Shown here piece after piece: positions 10,081 to 19,558 of a DNA stretch of 64,000 bases. The position numbers and the translations under genes were made by a program. The DNA comes from Gammaproteobacteria bacterium. GTDB lineage: Bacteria > Pseudomonadota > Gammaproteobacteria > Steroidobacterales > Foliamicaceae. The notes beneath the pieces are model-generated. The model was not told where the DNA came from and made no database searches. It saw only the letters and a list, made by a program, of their open reading frames with translations. Numbering within the stretch: the first letter of the stretch is position 1; the number at the start of each line of letters is the position of its first letter. The stretch covers positions 2,307,154-2,371,153 of the forward strand of contig OY762064.1 in the NCBI GenBank assembly GCA_963665145.1, read 5' to 3'.

Positions 10081-10328
10081 CCGAAGAGTAAACAGCTATA
10101 GCCGGAGGGGCGGCAGAGTTGTCGAGAATGACCCCCTGCATACAAACGCAGGTTGGGCAAATCCTGCACCAAAGCCGCAAGAAGAGCTTGATCAGCAACG
10201 GCTCCATCCGCGCATGCGTCGCCTCTCAGGATTGAAATCCTAAGGACAGCCAGCATCCCTCCGGCCGTTGGCCGAGGTCGGTGCGATGCTATATTCCCTG
10301 TAATTGAAACCGCGTACAAGCGAAACTA

Positions 10329-11381
10329 ATGAGCTTGAATGCACGACCTGTCAATCGCGCTGCCGGGCGCGTGGTTCCCGACCACGTGCTTGAGGCTCAC
10401 CGCAAAGTTCCTGTATTGCTTCGGGCAATTTGGCTTGCCGCCTGTGCCGGTATCGCCGTCGCGTTTCTTTCCGGCTGCATGGCGCAGGCAGCAAGAATGC
10501 AGCTGGAAGAGACGATCGTTGCCAAGAAAGCACAGAGCCTCAAGGGCTGGGAAACTGTCACACTGGACGGCGTTCCTATACTGGAAATCCTTGGTGAAAG
10601 GACAGCCATTGTTTTTTGTAATTTTGAGTCCATCTCGGTGTGGATCGACGATTCAGGATTCACCGGCGAGGGGACACCCAGAGCTAATGCACAAACCAGC
10701 ACGGCCGCGCCCATATCGACAGATGGCTATTTCTTGACTGCGGCCCACAGCGTAGAGGATGCTGAAACCTTGAACCTGTCGGTGGCCGTCCGGCAGGAAG
10801 ATGGTCACCTCCAAATCAAGACAGTAACTGCCCGCGTTGTCTGGAGGTCAGAAGGCCATGCTGTTGTGGACTGGCATCGTGCCGATCCCAAGCTCCTACA
10901 GGATTTCGCAATTATTCATGCGGACGTAGGACCATTAGCACCGTTCAAGCTCGCCGAGGAACTTCCGCAGATCGACGAACCAATTATTGGCGCTGGCTGG
11001 CCGCTTGAGCACTTTGACAGTTTTCCAGCCGGGGCAATCTTGGCCGCAGGCCACATTCTGTCTATAGTCAGACTGGATGCCGGCGAGTCCACCCCGGCAG
11101 GCGTGGCTATTCTTATCGACACGCCGCTTGTTAGTGGCGACAGCGGGGGTCCGGTACTTGACCGCAAGGGCAACCTTATCGGGATTCATTCCCAGGTGAG
11201 AATAAGGATGTCCCATTTCGAAGGCGTAGCAATGTTATTCGGCCATGCACCAAGCGAGTTCGAAGACTTTGAGTACTCTGCTGTGGCCTATTTGGCGGAC
11301 CCGAACTGGATCAACGAAGTAATCGAAATAGATCGCAAGAGCAGAAGCGCAAGTCCGGGAAGTTCCACGCCAAAGCCGTAG
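10329..11381 (+). CDS. lipoprotein trypsin-like (S1/chymotrypsin fold) serine protease, paralog 1
   Basis: Lipobox AFLSGC. Triad contexts TAAHSVED (His), DFAIIHAD (Asp), SGDSGGPVLD (Ser). Conserved C-terminal DPNWINEVIEIDR. Confidence 0.8.
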   Translation: MSLNARPVNRAAGRVVPDHVLEAHRKVPVLLRAIWLAACAGIAVAFLSGCMAQAARMQLEETIVAKKAQSLKGWETVTLDGVPILEILGERTAIVFCNFESISVWIDDSGFTGEGTPRANAQTSTAAPISTDGYFLTAAHSVEDAETLNLSVAVRQEDGHLQIKTVTARVVWRSEGHAVVDWHRADPKLLQDFAIIHADVGPLAPFKLAEELPQIDEPIIGAGWPLEHFDSFPAGAILAAGHILSIVRLDAGESTPAGVAILIDTPLVSGDSGGPVLDRKGNLIGIHSQVRIRMSHFEGVAMLFGHAPSEFEDFEYSAVAYLADPNWINEVIEIDRKSRSASPGSSTPKP

Positions 11382-11407
11382 GAAGGGCTTGATTAGAAGC
11401 GAATACC

Positions 11408-12460
11408 ATGAGCTTGACAGGCCTTACCGCTGCCGGGCGCCTTGATCCGGGACTGAGGGCTGCAGCCCCCAGCAATCTCCAACTCCTGATCCGGACAATT
11501 TGGCTTGTCTTTGCCGGCGGGATTGCCCTTGCGCTTCTATCCGGCTGCATGGCACAGGCAAGTGTGCAACTGGAACGGGAGGCCCGCGCCAGGAAGGCTG
11601 AAAGCCTAAAGGGCTGGGAAAGCGTAACGCTGGACGGCGCTCCCATACTTGAGGCTTTGCTCAATAGAACCCCCAGTTTGTGGCGCAACGCCGAATTCGG
11701 CCCTTCAAAGAATCCGGACCAAGACTTATCCGCAAAGCTAAACGAGAAATCCGGTCTGGCCAGCGTCGTTCCGATCACTGGAGACGGCTATTTCTTGATC
11801 GCGGCTCACACCCTGAGAGATGCGGAGACTTTGGACGTGGTTTTCTCCTCTCATGACAACGAAGGCCGCCCAAAAATCAAATCGGCCACCGCCCGCATAG
11901 TCTGGAAGCCGGAAGACGAGTTTGGTTCTGGATGGAATCGTGGCGATCCCAAGCTTTTGCCAGATTTCGCCATTCTCCATGCGGACGTGGGTCCACTAAT
12001 GCCGTTCAGGCTCTCCAGCGAGCCACGCATCGACGAACCGGTCCTCGGCGCTGGTTGGTCGATTGTGCAAGAGGCAGGGTCCTCTTCTACGGTTCAGTTG
12101 ACGGCGGGACACGTGTTGTCTGTCCAGAAGCAGGATCCCCCTGGGGCATCGATCGCGTGGCTGATCGTGCTGCATGATGCTCCGGTCATTGGTGGCGACA
12201 GCGGGGGGCCGTTACTCAATCGCAGCGGCGACCTCGTAGGGATCAACTGTAAGTCGCGTCTTGTTTATTCTTTTTGGGCAGGGGTAGGGGTGCGTCTCGG
12301 TCGGGTACCGGAAGACTATGAACGCTCATCTGTGGCAATTCTGCCGGACCCGGACTGGATTGGGGAAGTAATTGACCAGGACCGCCAAAACAGGAACGCA
12401 GGTCCTGATGAATTCCTTGGCAGTGAATCCGAGTTGAAACCAACTAACGGGCATGACTGA
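11408..12460 (+). CDS. lipoprotein trypsin-like serine protease, paralog 2
   Basis: Lipobox ALLSGC. IAAHTLRD, DFAILHAD, GGDSGGPLLN, DPDWIGEVIDQDR. Start context AAGCGAA-N4-ATGAGCTTGA is shared with paralog 1. Confidence 0.8.
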   Translation: MSLTGLTAAGRLDPGLRAAAPSNLQLLIRTIWLVFAGGIALALLSGCMAQASVQLEREARARKAESLKGWESVTLDGAPILEALLNRTPSLWRNAEFGPSKNPDQDLSAKLNEKSGLASVVPITGDGYFLIAAHTLRDAETLDVVFSSHDNEGRPKIKSATARIVWKPEDEFGSGWNRGDPKLLPDFAILHADVGPLMPFRLSSEPRIDEPVLGAGWSIVQEAGSSSTVQLTAGHVLSVQKQDPPGASIAWLIVLHDAPVIGGDSGGPLLNRSGDLVGINCKSRLVYSFWAGVGVRLGRVPEDYERSSVAILPDPDWIGEVIDQDRQNRNAGPDEFLGSESELKPTNGHD

Positions 12461-13526
12461 ACGATCCATCAAAATCGCTACCAAGCGCCTGCATGCCAAC
12501 CCGGGGCAAATGTTCCGGAGCAAGTTCCAGGTTTTGCTCCGCGTATTCGGGCTTGCCTTCGCTACCGCTATCGCGCTCGTACTTCTGTCCGGATGCACGA
12601 ACTTCCTCTATTCGCGAGTGTCAGACTGGCTTGCTGATAGTAAGGCGGAAAGCCTGAAGGGCTGGGAAACGGCAACAGTCGGTGGCAAACCGCTGATGGA
12701 ATCCTTGGAGCCACGTGTCGCCATGCTGATGATCAACTTCGATTACGTCTCAGTTGAAATCGATGAATCAGGGCTCTTCATCAACGGAGAAGGGACAGGA
12801 GAGCGTGGCTTTGGTTCGGCCGTTCCTGTTTCGGATGATGGTTACTTCCTGACTGCCTCCCACAACATAGAGGACGGTGAGAATCTGCACCTGATTGTGG
12901 GACTATCCAGGGACGACGGCCCTGGGCAAGCCGAGGGGGTGCCAGCTCGCTTGATCTGGAAATCAAAAGTTGCCTATTGGGCCGATGGCGATTGGTCGCC
13001 CGCGGAACCCCTGCCGGCGACGGACTTTGCCGTTATTCATGCCGTAGTGGAATCACTGCCCTCGTTCACGCCATTCAGGCTGGCCGGCAGAGTTCCTCAG
13101 GACGACGAACCGGTTCTCATCGCTGGCTGGTCGTTGGAAAATTCCGAAGATTTTCGGTTTGGGGTGCGCCTGGCGGCGGGCAGGACCATGTCTGTTTCCA
13201 GGCGGGATGCCCTTGCGTTCTCACCTGCGTTCGTGACTGTGCACCACGACGCACCTCTTGGCGGTGGCGATAGCGGAGGCCCGCTTTTGGATCGCACAGG
13301 CGACCTTCTTGGGATCAATTCTGGCGCCCGTATCAATAGTTCCCTTTGGCAACAGGTCGCGATCAGCCTGGGCTATAGACCGAATGAGCTTCGAGACATC
13401 GGATACATTGCCACCGCAACGATCCCCGATCCCGAGTGGTTATGGGAAGTGATTGACCAGGACCGCCAGCGAAGAAACGCGGGTACGGCAACCTCAACAG
13501 CACAACCACAGGGTGGGATTCACTAG
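12453..13526 (+). CDS. lipoprotein trypsin-like serine protease, paralog 3
   Basis: Lipobox VLLSGC. TASHNIED, DFAVIHAV, GGDSGGPLLD, DPEWLWEVIDQDR. Overlaps paralog 2 by 8 nt. Confidence 0.8.
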   Translation: MTERSIKIATKRLHANPGQMFRSKFQVLLRVFGLAFATAIALVLLSGCTNFLYSRVSDWLADSKAESLKGWETATVGGKPLMESLEPRVAMLMINFDYVSVEIDESGLFINGEGTGERGFGSAVPVSDDGYFLTASHNIEDGENLHLIVGLSRDDGPGQAEGVPARLIWKSKVAYWADGDWSPAEPLPATDFAVIHAVVESLPSFTPFRLAGRVPQDDEPVLIAGWSLENSEDFRFGVRLAAGRTMSVSRRDALAFSPAFVTVHHDAPLGGGDSGGPLLDRTGDLLGINSGARINSSLWQQVAISLGYRPNELRDIGYIATATIPDPEWLWEVIDQDRQRRNAGTATSTAQPQGGIH

Positions 13527-13537
13527 TTACAACGCCG

Positions 13538-14839
13538 CTACGGCTGCTTGTAAACGACTCCGCCCTTCATGACGAACACGACCTGCTCCAGGATGCCGAT
13601 CTCCTGGTAGGGATTCCCGGCAACCGCGACCAGGTCCGCCTGAAGTCCTTCGGCGATCCGGCCGGTCTGATCACCGACCCCCAATAGGTCGGCCGCGCCG
13701 ACGGTTGCTGCCCGGATCGCCTCGGCCGGCGTCATACCGAATTCCACCATGCGCGCAAACTGCCTGGCATTGTCGCCATGTGGGAACACGCCGCTGTCGG
13801 TGCCGAAGACCATCTGCACGCCCGCGTCATGGGCCCTTCTGAAGTTGTCCCGCTGGATCTGGCCGACTTCGCGCTCTTTTTCCAGCGACTCCGGCAATAT
13901 GCCGCTCTTTTCGCCTTCCGAGAGAATGTGCTCGGTGACGTAGATGTCCATGACGAAGGTCGTACCGTGCTCCTTCGCCAGTTCGATGACGTCACGGTCA
14001 AGGAAACTCGCGTGTTCCACCGAGTCGGCGCCGGCAAGGATCGCGTTTCGGATGCCTGCGGTTCCATGGGCGTGGACCGCGACCTTTCGTCCATGTGCAT
14101 GTGCTTCGTCAACCAGCGCCTCCACTTCCTCGAGCGTGTACTGCACTGCGTCGAGTTTCGTTCCCTTGGACAAGACCCCGCCGGTCGTGCACGTCTTGAT
14201 CAGGTCCACACCGAATTTCACGTTTTCGCGCACCTTCTGCCGGACCTGCCAGGGTCCATCGGCGACCCCGGTCCCCGTAACGCCGTACTCGTGCGGCAAC
14301 AGGTTCCTGTCGCTGCAATGCCCGCCGGTGATGCCTATGGGCGGGCCGGAAACCAGCATTCTCGGCCCCGCCACTTCTCCGGCGGCGATCGCGTCCCGAA
14401 GAGCAACGTCCGCATAGCCGGGCGCGCCCACGTTTCGCACCGTGGTGAATCCCGACTGCAAGGTAGCCGCCGCGTTCTTGACGCCATTGATCGTTGCTTC
14501 GGGAAGTGACACGACCAGTGTTTTCAATCCATGGTCGTCCGAGTCGTGCAACAAATGGGTATGCGCGTCGATCAGGCCGGGCAGCAGCGTGTAGTCAGAC
14601 AGGTCGATGAGTTCGGAACCCGCCGGAATCGGCGTGTCGCCCGACCGGGCAATGGCGACAATCATTCCATCCTCGATGGCGATGGTCCGGTCCTCGAGGA
14701 TCTCCCCCGCTTCAACGTCGACGATTGCGCCCGCCCGAACGTAGGTATCCGGTTCCGCGTTGCCGGCCTGGCCAAACAGCAATGCGACCGCAAGGAACCC
14801 TGTGTTGCGAAAGACAGCCGGAATTTTCGATAGCCTCAT
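13538..14839 (-). CDS. secreted metal-dependent amidohydrolase family protein
   Basis: LLPGLIDAHTHLL metal-binding motif, VAVHAHG, FGTDSGV. Start chosen at MRLSKIPAVFRNTGFLAVALLFGQAGNA (signal peptide), internal to the 457-aa ORF. Confidence 0.8.
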   Translation of the reverse strand: MRLSKIPAVFRNTGFLAVALLFGQAGNAEPDTYVRAGAIVDVEAGEILEDRTIAIEDGMIVAIARSGDTPIPAGSELIDLSDYTLLPGLIDAHTHLLHDSDDHGLKTLVVSLPEATINGVKNAAATLQSGFTTVRNVGAPGYADVALRDAIAAGEVAGPRMLVSGPPIGITGGHCSDRNLLPHEYGVTGTGVADGPWQVRQKVRENVKFGVDLIKTCTTGGVLSKGTKLDAVQYTLEEVEALVDEAHAHGRKVAVHAHGTAGIRNAILAGADSVEHASFLDRDVIELAKEHGTTFVMDIYVTEHILSEGEKSGILPESLEKEREVGQIQRDNFRRAHDAGVQMVFGTDSGVFPHGDNARQFARMVEFGMTPAEAIRAATVGAADLLGVGDQTGRIAEGLQADLVAVAGNPYQEIGILEQVVFVMKGGVVYKQP

Positions 14840-15220
14840 CTTGTATTCATCCATTTGCAATTGAACACTCGCTGCATCGGCATGATAGTCCTTCTCTTTA
14901 ATCCGAGACATTGATAGACGGCCTGAGCATCAAGTAAGCCTGTGAGGGTCTTTCCGGCGAAGTTGCCCCGGACTACGGCGGCCGTCTTGCGCTCACGCCG
15001 GCCTACGACCTTTGCCCGCAACCCGGGACAGGCCGCGAATCCTCGCAAGCCATGCGCATCCACGGCCAGGAACGGCGCGCCCAAGTTTCTGCTTTCCGAA
15101 GAACGGGCGCTTGAGATCATGCGCCGGCAGTTCCTGAACGATCTGGCTTTCGAGGTGCTGGAGGACCGTCTCCCCGGGGCAACGCCGTACCCGTCATACC
15201 CTTGAGCCGAAAAAGAGGCC

Positions 15221-15287
15221 TATTCAGATCATACAATTGCGGTAATCAGCAATAATATGATGCGAATAGAGGTATTATTCAGATCAT
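15221..15287. repeat. 12-nt perfect direct repeat TATTCAGATCAT (15221-15232 and 15276-15287) in the AT-rich leader of the fic gene
   Basis: Read directly. Copies are 55 nt apart start to start, each contains a GATC, and the second lies about 30 nt upstream of the fic ATG. Confidence 0.6.
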
Positions 15288-15317
15288 TCCTATCGAATCA
15301 GAACGGAAAGATCTTTC

Positions 15318-16418
15318 ATGCCCTACATCTGGGAACTCAAAGACTGGCCGCATTTCACATGGAATGCGGGGGTTGTCCAGGACAATAGCTATCGCTACGC
15401 GCTAACCGTCAGCCGGCTGGCCAGCGAGGTGCGAGCGCTTTCCGACCAGGAGCGCACCAACTCGATGATTGATCTGATGGTCGCCGAGGCCCGGATGACA
15501 TCGCGGATTGAGGGCGAGACTGTTGATCCCGAAGCCGTTCGCTCATCCATCCTCAAGCAACTGGGCCTGGCCGAAGAGGATCGATGGCAAGATCCATACG
15601 CTCGCGGAATCGCCCGTCTGATGGTTCTGTGCCTCCAGGATTTTGCCGAACCGCTGACCGTTGAGGGCCTATGCTCCTGGCACCGTCAATTCCTGGGCGA
15701 AAGGATGCGCAACGCTGGGCGCTGGCGTACCGAGCCGATCTGGATCGTCTCCGGCGTTGCCGGGAAAGAAAAAGTGCACTTTGAGGGGCCTCCGGCTTCG
15801 CGGGTTGCCGGCGAAATGGAAGCCTTTGTCGAGTGGTTCAACGCCAGCAGTTCATTGCCGGGACCGGTGCGCTCCGGTGTGGCCCATTTGTATTTCGAGT
15901 CCATTCATCCATTTGCGGACGGAAATGGGCGCATGGGGAGGGCAATTGCCGAGATCGCGCTGTCGCAGGAATTGGGTTACCCGGCATTGCTGAGCTTGTC
16001 CGCCGCTATTGATCGGCAACGCAAGGAGTACTACCAGATGCTCAACGAGGCCAGCCGGCAAAGCAGTATGGACATTACCGGCTGGTTGGAATGGTGGGCA
16101 CAGTGCGTCCTGAATTCCCAGGAACAGGCCAGGGAACAGATCGCGTTTGTGATTCGCAAGGCGGAGTTCTGGCGCAGCTATGAGAATCGCGTCAACGACC
16201 GCCAGGAGAAGGTGTTGGCCCGCATGTTGCGCGAAGGGCCCGAGGGCTTCAAGGGTGGCATGAGTGCCCGCAAATACGTAGGACTGACGGGTTGCTCAGG
16301 TGCAACGGCCACCCGGGATCTGTCCTTGCTCACGAAAATCGGGGCGCTCGAACGGCTGCCCGCCGGCGGGCGCAGCACGCGCTATGTGCTGCGCTTTCCG
16401 GGATCACACGCGACATAA
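15318..16418 (+). CDS. Fic family protein (DUF4172-type N-terminus, C-terminal wHTH)
   Basis: Fic motif HPFADGNGRMGRA. N-terminus YIWELKDWPHFTW is typical of the long Fic family. Confidence 0.9.
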   Translation: MPYIWELKDWPHFTWNAGVVQDNSYRYALTVSRLASEVRALSDQERTNSMIDLMVAEARMTSRIEGETVDPEAVRSSILKQLGLAEEDRWQDPYARGIARLMVLCLQDFAEPLTVEGLCSWHRQFLGERMRNAGRWRTEPIWIVSGVAGKEKVHFEGPPASRVAGEMEAFVEWFNASSSLPGPVRSGVAHLYFESIHPFADGNGRMGRAIAEIALSQELGYPALLSLSAAIDRQRKEYYQMLNEASRQSSMDITGWLEWWAQCVLNSQEQAREQIAFVIRKAEFWRSYENRVNDRQEKVLARMLREGPEGFKGGMSARKYVGLTGCSGATATRDLSLLTKIGALERLPAGGRSTRYVLRFPGSHAT

Positions 16419-16604
16419 TCGATCAGGAAGTCTGGACGATTCCGCAGGCGTGAACTGATGGAAATGCCATCTGAATACAAAGAGGGCTATGGGAAAGCGT
16501 GCCTGATCGATAAAGAGGCCGCTGAATCAGAGGGAAGAATGGGATCACGACGCCTGGGGGATGCCGCTCAGCGCCGCGCATTCCAGGGGCGACAGCCCAT
16601 GATC

Positions 16605-17270
16605 TCAAGACAGCTGGTCCTGGCGTTCGATCAATTCTCGCTGAACCAATTCGTCAACGATATCCAGTAGCTCCGACATGCTGCTTTCCGGAGTGCCACG
16701 GACAACGTACTTGCCGTTCACAATAAACATTGGAACCGTCAGGATTCGATAACGGATCATTAGATCCTTGCTGCGCTTCAATTGCGATTCCACTCCGAAA
16801 GAACGGTAGGCCTTGCGGAAATCCTCGGCGGAGACGCCGAATCGCTTCGCGAAGCGTTCCTGATCGGCCAATCTCAGGAGCAGGCGATTCTCAGTGTGAA
16901 TTGCACGGAATGCAGCCCGGTGCGCAGACTCGAGTACGCCAGTGGCCTGCAGCGTTAGAAAAAGGCGTGCATGAATTTCGTGTATTGGATCTCCAACAGA
17001 CGGAATGTGCAGGAATTTCACTTCCGCAGGCTGCTTCTTCCGCCATTCTTCCACGTAGGAGTCCATCCGGTAGCAGTAGGGACAACCGTAGGTAAAGAAC
17101 TCCGCTACTTCGATCTTGTCTTGCGGGCTGGACGTGCCTTGTGCCGTCACCAGGCGTTCGTAGTGGACACCCTCCCGAAATTTCCAGTTGGGCGATTCCT
17201 GGGCGTGGGCGAGCGGAGCGGCTACGAGAACGAGAGCCGAGAGCAGAAGATATCGATATTTGGAATTCAT
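16605..17270 (-). CDS. dsbA: thiol:disulfide interchange protein, DsbA family
   Basis: Signal peptide MNSKYRYLLLSALVLVAAPLAHA. Thioredoxin-fold active site FFTYGCPYCY. Conserved VPMFIVNGKY (cis-Pro region). Confidence 0.8.
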   Translation of the reverse strand: MNSKYRYLLLSALVLVAAPLAHAQESPNWKFREGVHYERLVTAQGTSSPQDKIEVAEFFTYGCPYCYRMDSYVEEWRKKQPAEVKFLHIPSVGDPIHEIHARLFLTLQATGVLESAHRAAFRAIHTENRLLLRLADQERFAKRFGVSAEDFRKAYRSFGVESQLKRSKDLMIRYRILTVPMFIVNGKYVVRGTPESSMSELLDIVDELVQRELIERQDQLS

Positions 17271-17422
17271 TGTGCGTTGAGGTTTTCGACTAGTGTACGC
17301 GTGTGGTTCGATTGTCCCCATCATTGTGCTGGTTCCAGGCGTGCTGAAAACGCACCCGTAAAATTGTTATTGGAATAGGAGTCCTCCCAAAATAAAGCAG
17401 TGGCAGCAGGGCAACCTGACAA

Positions 17423-18072
17423 ATGAAGAAACCGATCGTAGCCTCAAGCTTTGCCACTGTTGCATTGATGCTCTCCGGCTGCATGGCAGGCCAGATGCTT
17501 CAGCCTGGCAACACCTTTTCGGACCCACTCCGGTCCGGCGGTCGTGGTCCCGAGATGGTGGTGATTCCGGCAGGCAGTTTCCAGATGGGCTGCCTGTCGC
17601 GTGGCTGTCCTCGCAGACGGGACAGGAATACCGCCTGTTGACGGAAGCCGAATGGGAATTTGTGGCCCGTGCGGGCTCCACCACCAAGTATCACTTCGGG
17701 AACCTTGAGTCGCAGATGTGCCGTTACGCCAATTTTGGGGACATGACTGCCGGTAGAGAAGGCGGGCCTTGTTCGGATGGAGTTGGGAGACAAACGGCCG
17801 TTGTGGGCCGCTATGCGGCCAATGCCTTTGGTCTGCACGACATGCACGGCAATGTGTCCGAGTGGGTGGAGGATTGCTGGAACGACAACTATTCCGGCGC
17901 TCCCTCGGATGGCAGTTCTTGGCTCAGCGGCGTTTGTTCCCAGCGCGTTATTCGCGGCGGCTGTTGGTTCCACGGCCCCAGTTTCCAACGCTCCGCGTTT
18001 CGCAGCTGGTCAACCCCCGACTGGGTCGACATACGCGTCGGGTTCCGTGTTGCCCGGACACTCGATCCGTGA
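17423..18072 (+). pseudogene. formylglycine-generating-enzyme (SUMF1/FGE-sulfatase) family lipoprotein gene with internal deletion and frameshift
   Basis: ORF 17423-17641 (lipobox LSGC, MVVIPAGSFQMGC) and ORF 17638-18072 (LTEAEWEFVARAG, GLHDMHGNVSEWVEDCW, RVIRGGCWF) are in different frames. Reading the second frame upstream gives WLSSQTGQEYRLLTEAEWE, so the usual ~70-90 aa between the MG motif and WLS are missing. Confidence 0.7.
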
Positions 18073-18125
18073 ATGCCACCCTCATAGCTGCCTTGCCAAG
18101 CGTCAATGAAACAGCACGCTTAGGC

Positions 18126-18425
18126 TTACCGGCTCCTGAATCGGCGAGCACAGAATGATCTAATGTCCGACCACAATTCCCTGTAGTCTTCGTAAACTCT
18201 GTAATTGTCCTGGGCCTTCTGTGATTTCTTGTGCATGAGCCTAACCAGCGCGACATACAGAATTAAGACTGCCGCTGGCGCCCAAAGAGCGGTCACAAAG
18301 TCTCCGTCCAGCAAGACCGCAGTGGATATATAGATGGCAGACACGCTAAGAGTCACCCCGACGAGACTCATTACTGCGTTACTGCGATTGGACATGCTCG
18401 CTTTCTCCTGCATGGTTTCAATCAA
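18126..18425 (-). CDS. small two-TM membrane protein, hypothetical
   Basis: Two hydrophobic segments only (VMSLVGVTLSVSAIYISTAVLL and LWAPAAVLILYVALV). No recognisable family. Confidence 0.35.
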   Translation of the reverse strand: MIETMQEKASMSNRSNAVMSLVGVTLSVSAIYISTAVLLDGDFVTALWAPAAVLILYVALVRLMHKKSQKAQDNYRVYEDYRELWSDIRSFCARRFRSR

Positions 18426-18507
18426 TCCAACAATCAGGTCTATCCTGTACTGCGCGCAATTTGATTCGGTTCACACTCATGGGTGAACTATAGCCGAGGG
18501 ACGTTCG

Positions 18508-19479
18508 CTATCGTCGCTCCGCCAGCCAATCCTGAATCTTGTCGATGCGGTTCGTCTGTATCGCCCCGCCGTATCCGCGAGGAATAAGCTCCGCGTACTC
18601 GGAGGTCTCCGGCAAATCGTGAACTGACTCCGTCTGGTACGGATGCGTCAGAATCACCGTCGTATCGACACTGTGCATTCGGGCTACAAATCGGTGCGGC
18701 CAACCCCAAAGCACCCACGCGTAGTTGACGTACATTCCGACTGCGCCGTTTCGACACTTGTCCGGCACGTAGCCGGACCAGCCAACGATCATGTAGTCCC
18801 GGAGGCATCTCGTGACTGTTTTTCGTGAGAATGCGCGAACCGTTGGATGAGCATTCCGAATCGCATCCACGGCATCCGATCCGCCGAATATCAGCAGCCG
18901 CTTGAGCTCCTGTGGACCGCGCGCAACAAGAAAATCGCCCAGCCGGACTGCTTCATTCCGATCGTTGCTTTTGACATTGACTACGAACCCCTTGAGCGGG
19001 AAGTGGTCAAGAACCTCTTCCAGCGAAGGCATCAGGCCAATGCCCTTGCCTCTTAGCGGATACCTGTCGCTCTCCGTGTAGTAGCCGTAACCGATATCCA
19101 GGGCCTTGAGTTCCGCCATCGAATAGTCGATCAGGCGCCCTGTGGCGTCTGTCTTGCAGTCGAGGACATCGTCATGGAATACCGCAAACTTTCCGTCCGC
19201 GGTCGCACGAACGTCGAACTCAACGTAGTCGGCGCCGAGATCGAAAGCGGCTTCGATGGAAGGAATCGTGTTTTCCATGTAGCTGTGTTCGCTGGCGTGA
19301 ATACGGCTGATGCATGCGAGGTAATCCTCGTGTTCCGGATGCATCTCCGGCGCCAATCCACGATGCGCAATCAGGAGAGGCTTGGCGTCGCCCGGTGAAA
19401 ACAGCGAAGTATTGTTGAGCCAGACCAGCCCCGCGAAGGCAGTCAGGAAAAGCACCACGTATCGCGCTCGTCTCTTCAC
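18508..19479 (-). CDS. membrane-anchored glycerophosphodiester phosphodiesterase family protein
   Basis: GDPD motifs LLIAHRGLAPE, ENTIPSIEAAFDLGADYVEFDVRATADGKFAVFHDD. Start placed at in-frame GTG 19479 (VKRRARYVVLFLTAFAGLVW), because the longer ORF overlaps the MORN gene and has no family-like N-terminus. Confidence 0.7.
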   Translation of the reverse strand: MKRRARYVVLFLTAFAGLVWLNNTSLFSPGDAKPLLIAHRGLAPEMHPEHEDYLACISRIHASEHSYMENTIPSIEAAFDLGADYVEFDVRATADGKFAVFHDDVLDCKTDATGRLIDYSMAELKALDIGYGYYTESDRYPLRGKGIGLMPSLEEVLDHFPLKGFVVNVKSNDRNEAVRLGDFLVARGPQELKRLLIFGGSDAVDAIRNAHPTVRAFSRKTVTRCLRDYMIVGWSGYVPDKCRNGAVGMYVNYAWVLWGWPHRFVARMHSVDTTVILTHPYQTESVHDLPETSEYAELIPRGYGGAIQTNRIDKIQDWLAERR

Positions 19480-19558
19480 GCCTTCAATCCGCTCAATCCG
19501 CTCATTTTGATCATGGTAGGTTAGCTTGCCTTCAAGCCCAAACCCACGAGGTATTGAA

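Noticed and set aside
14836-15205. ORFs 14836-15120 (-) and 14942-15205 (+) in the gap between the amidohydrolase and fic genes. I considered them as possible integrase or transposase remnants marking an island edge.
   Set aside because: I found no recombinase, transposase or other recognisable motif in any frame I read. The two ORFs overlap each other on opposite strands and have shadow-like composition. A tblastx or HMM search of 14912-15317 would be needed to call a gene remnant.
16423-16670. Small ORFs 16423-16608 (-) and 16458-16670 (+) between the fic and dsbA genes.
   Set aside because: They overlap each other and the 3' end of dsbA. They have no ribosome-binding site I could see and no recognisable motifs, so they are likely spurious.
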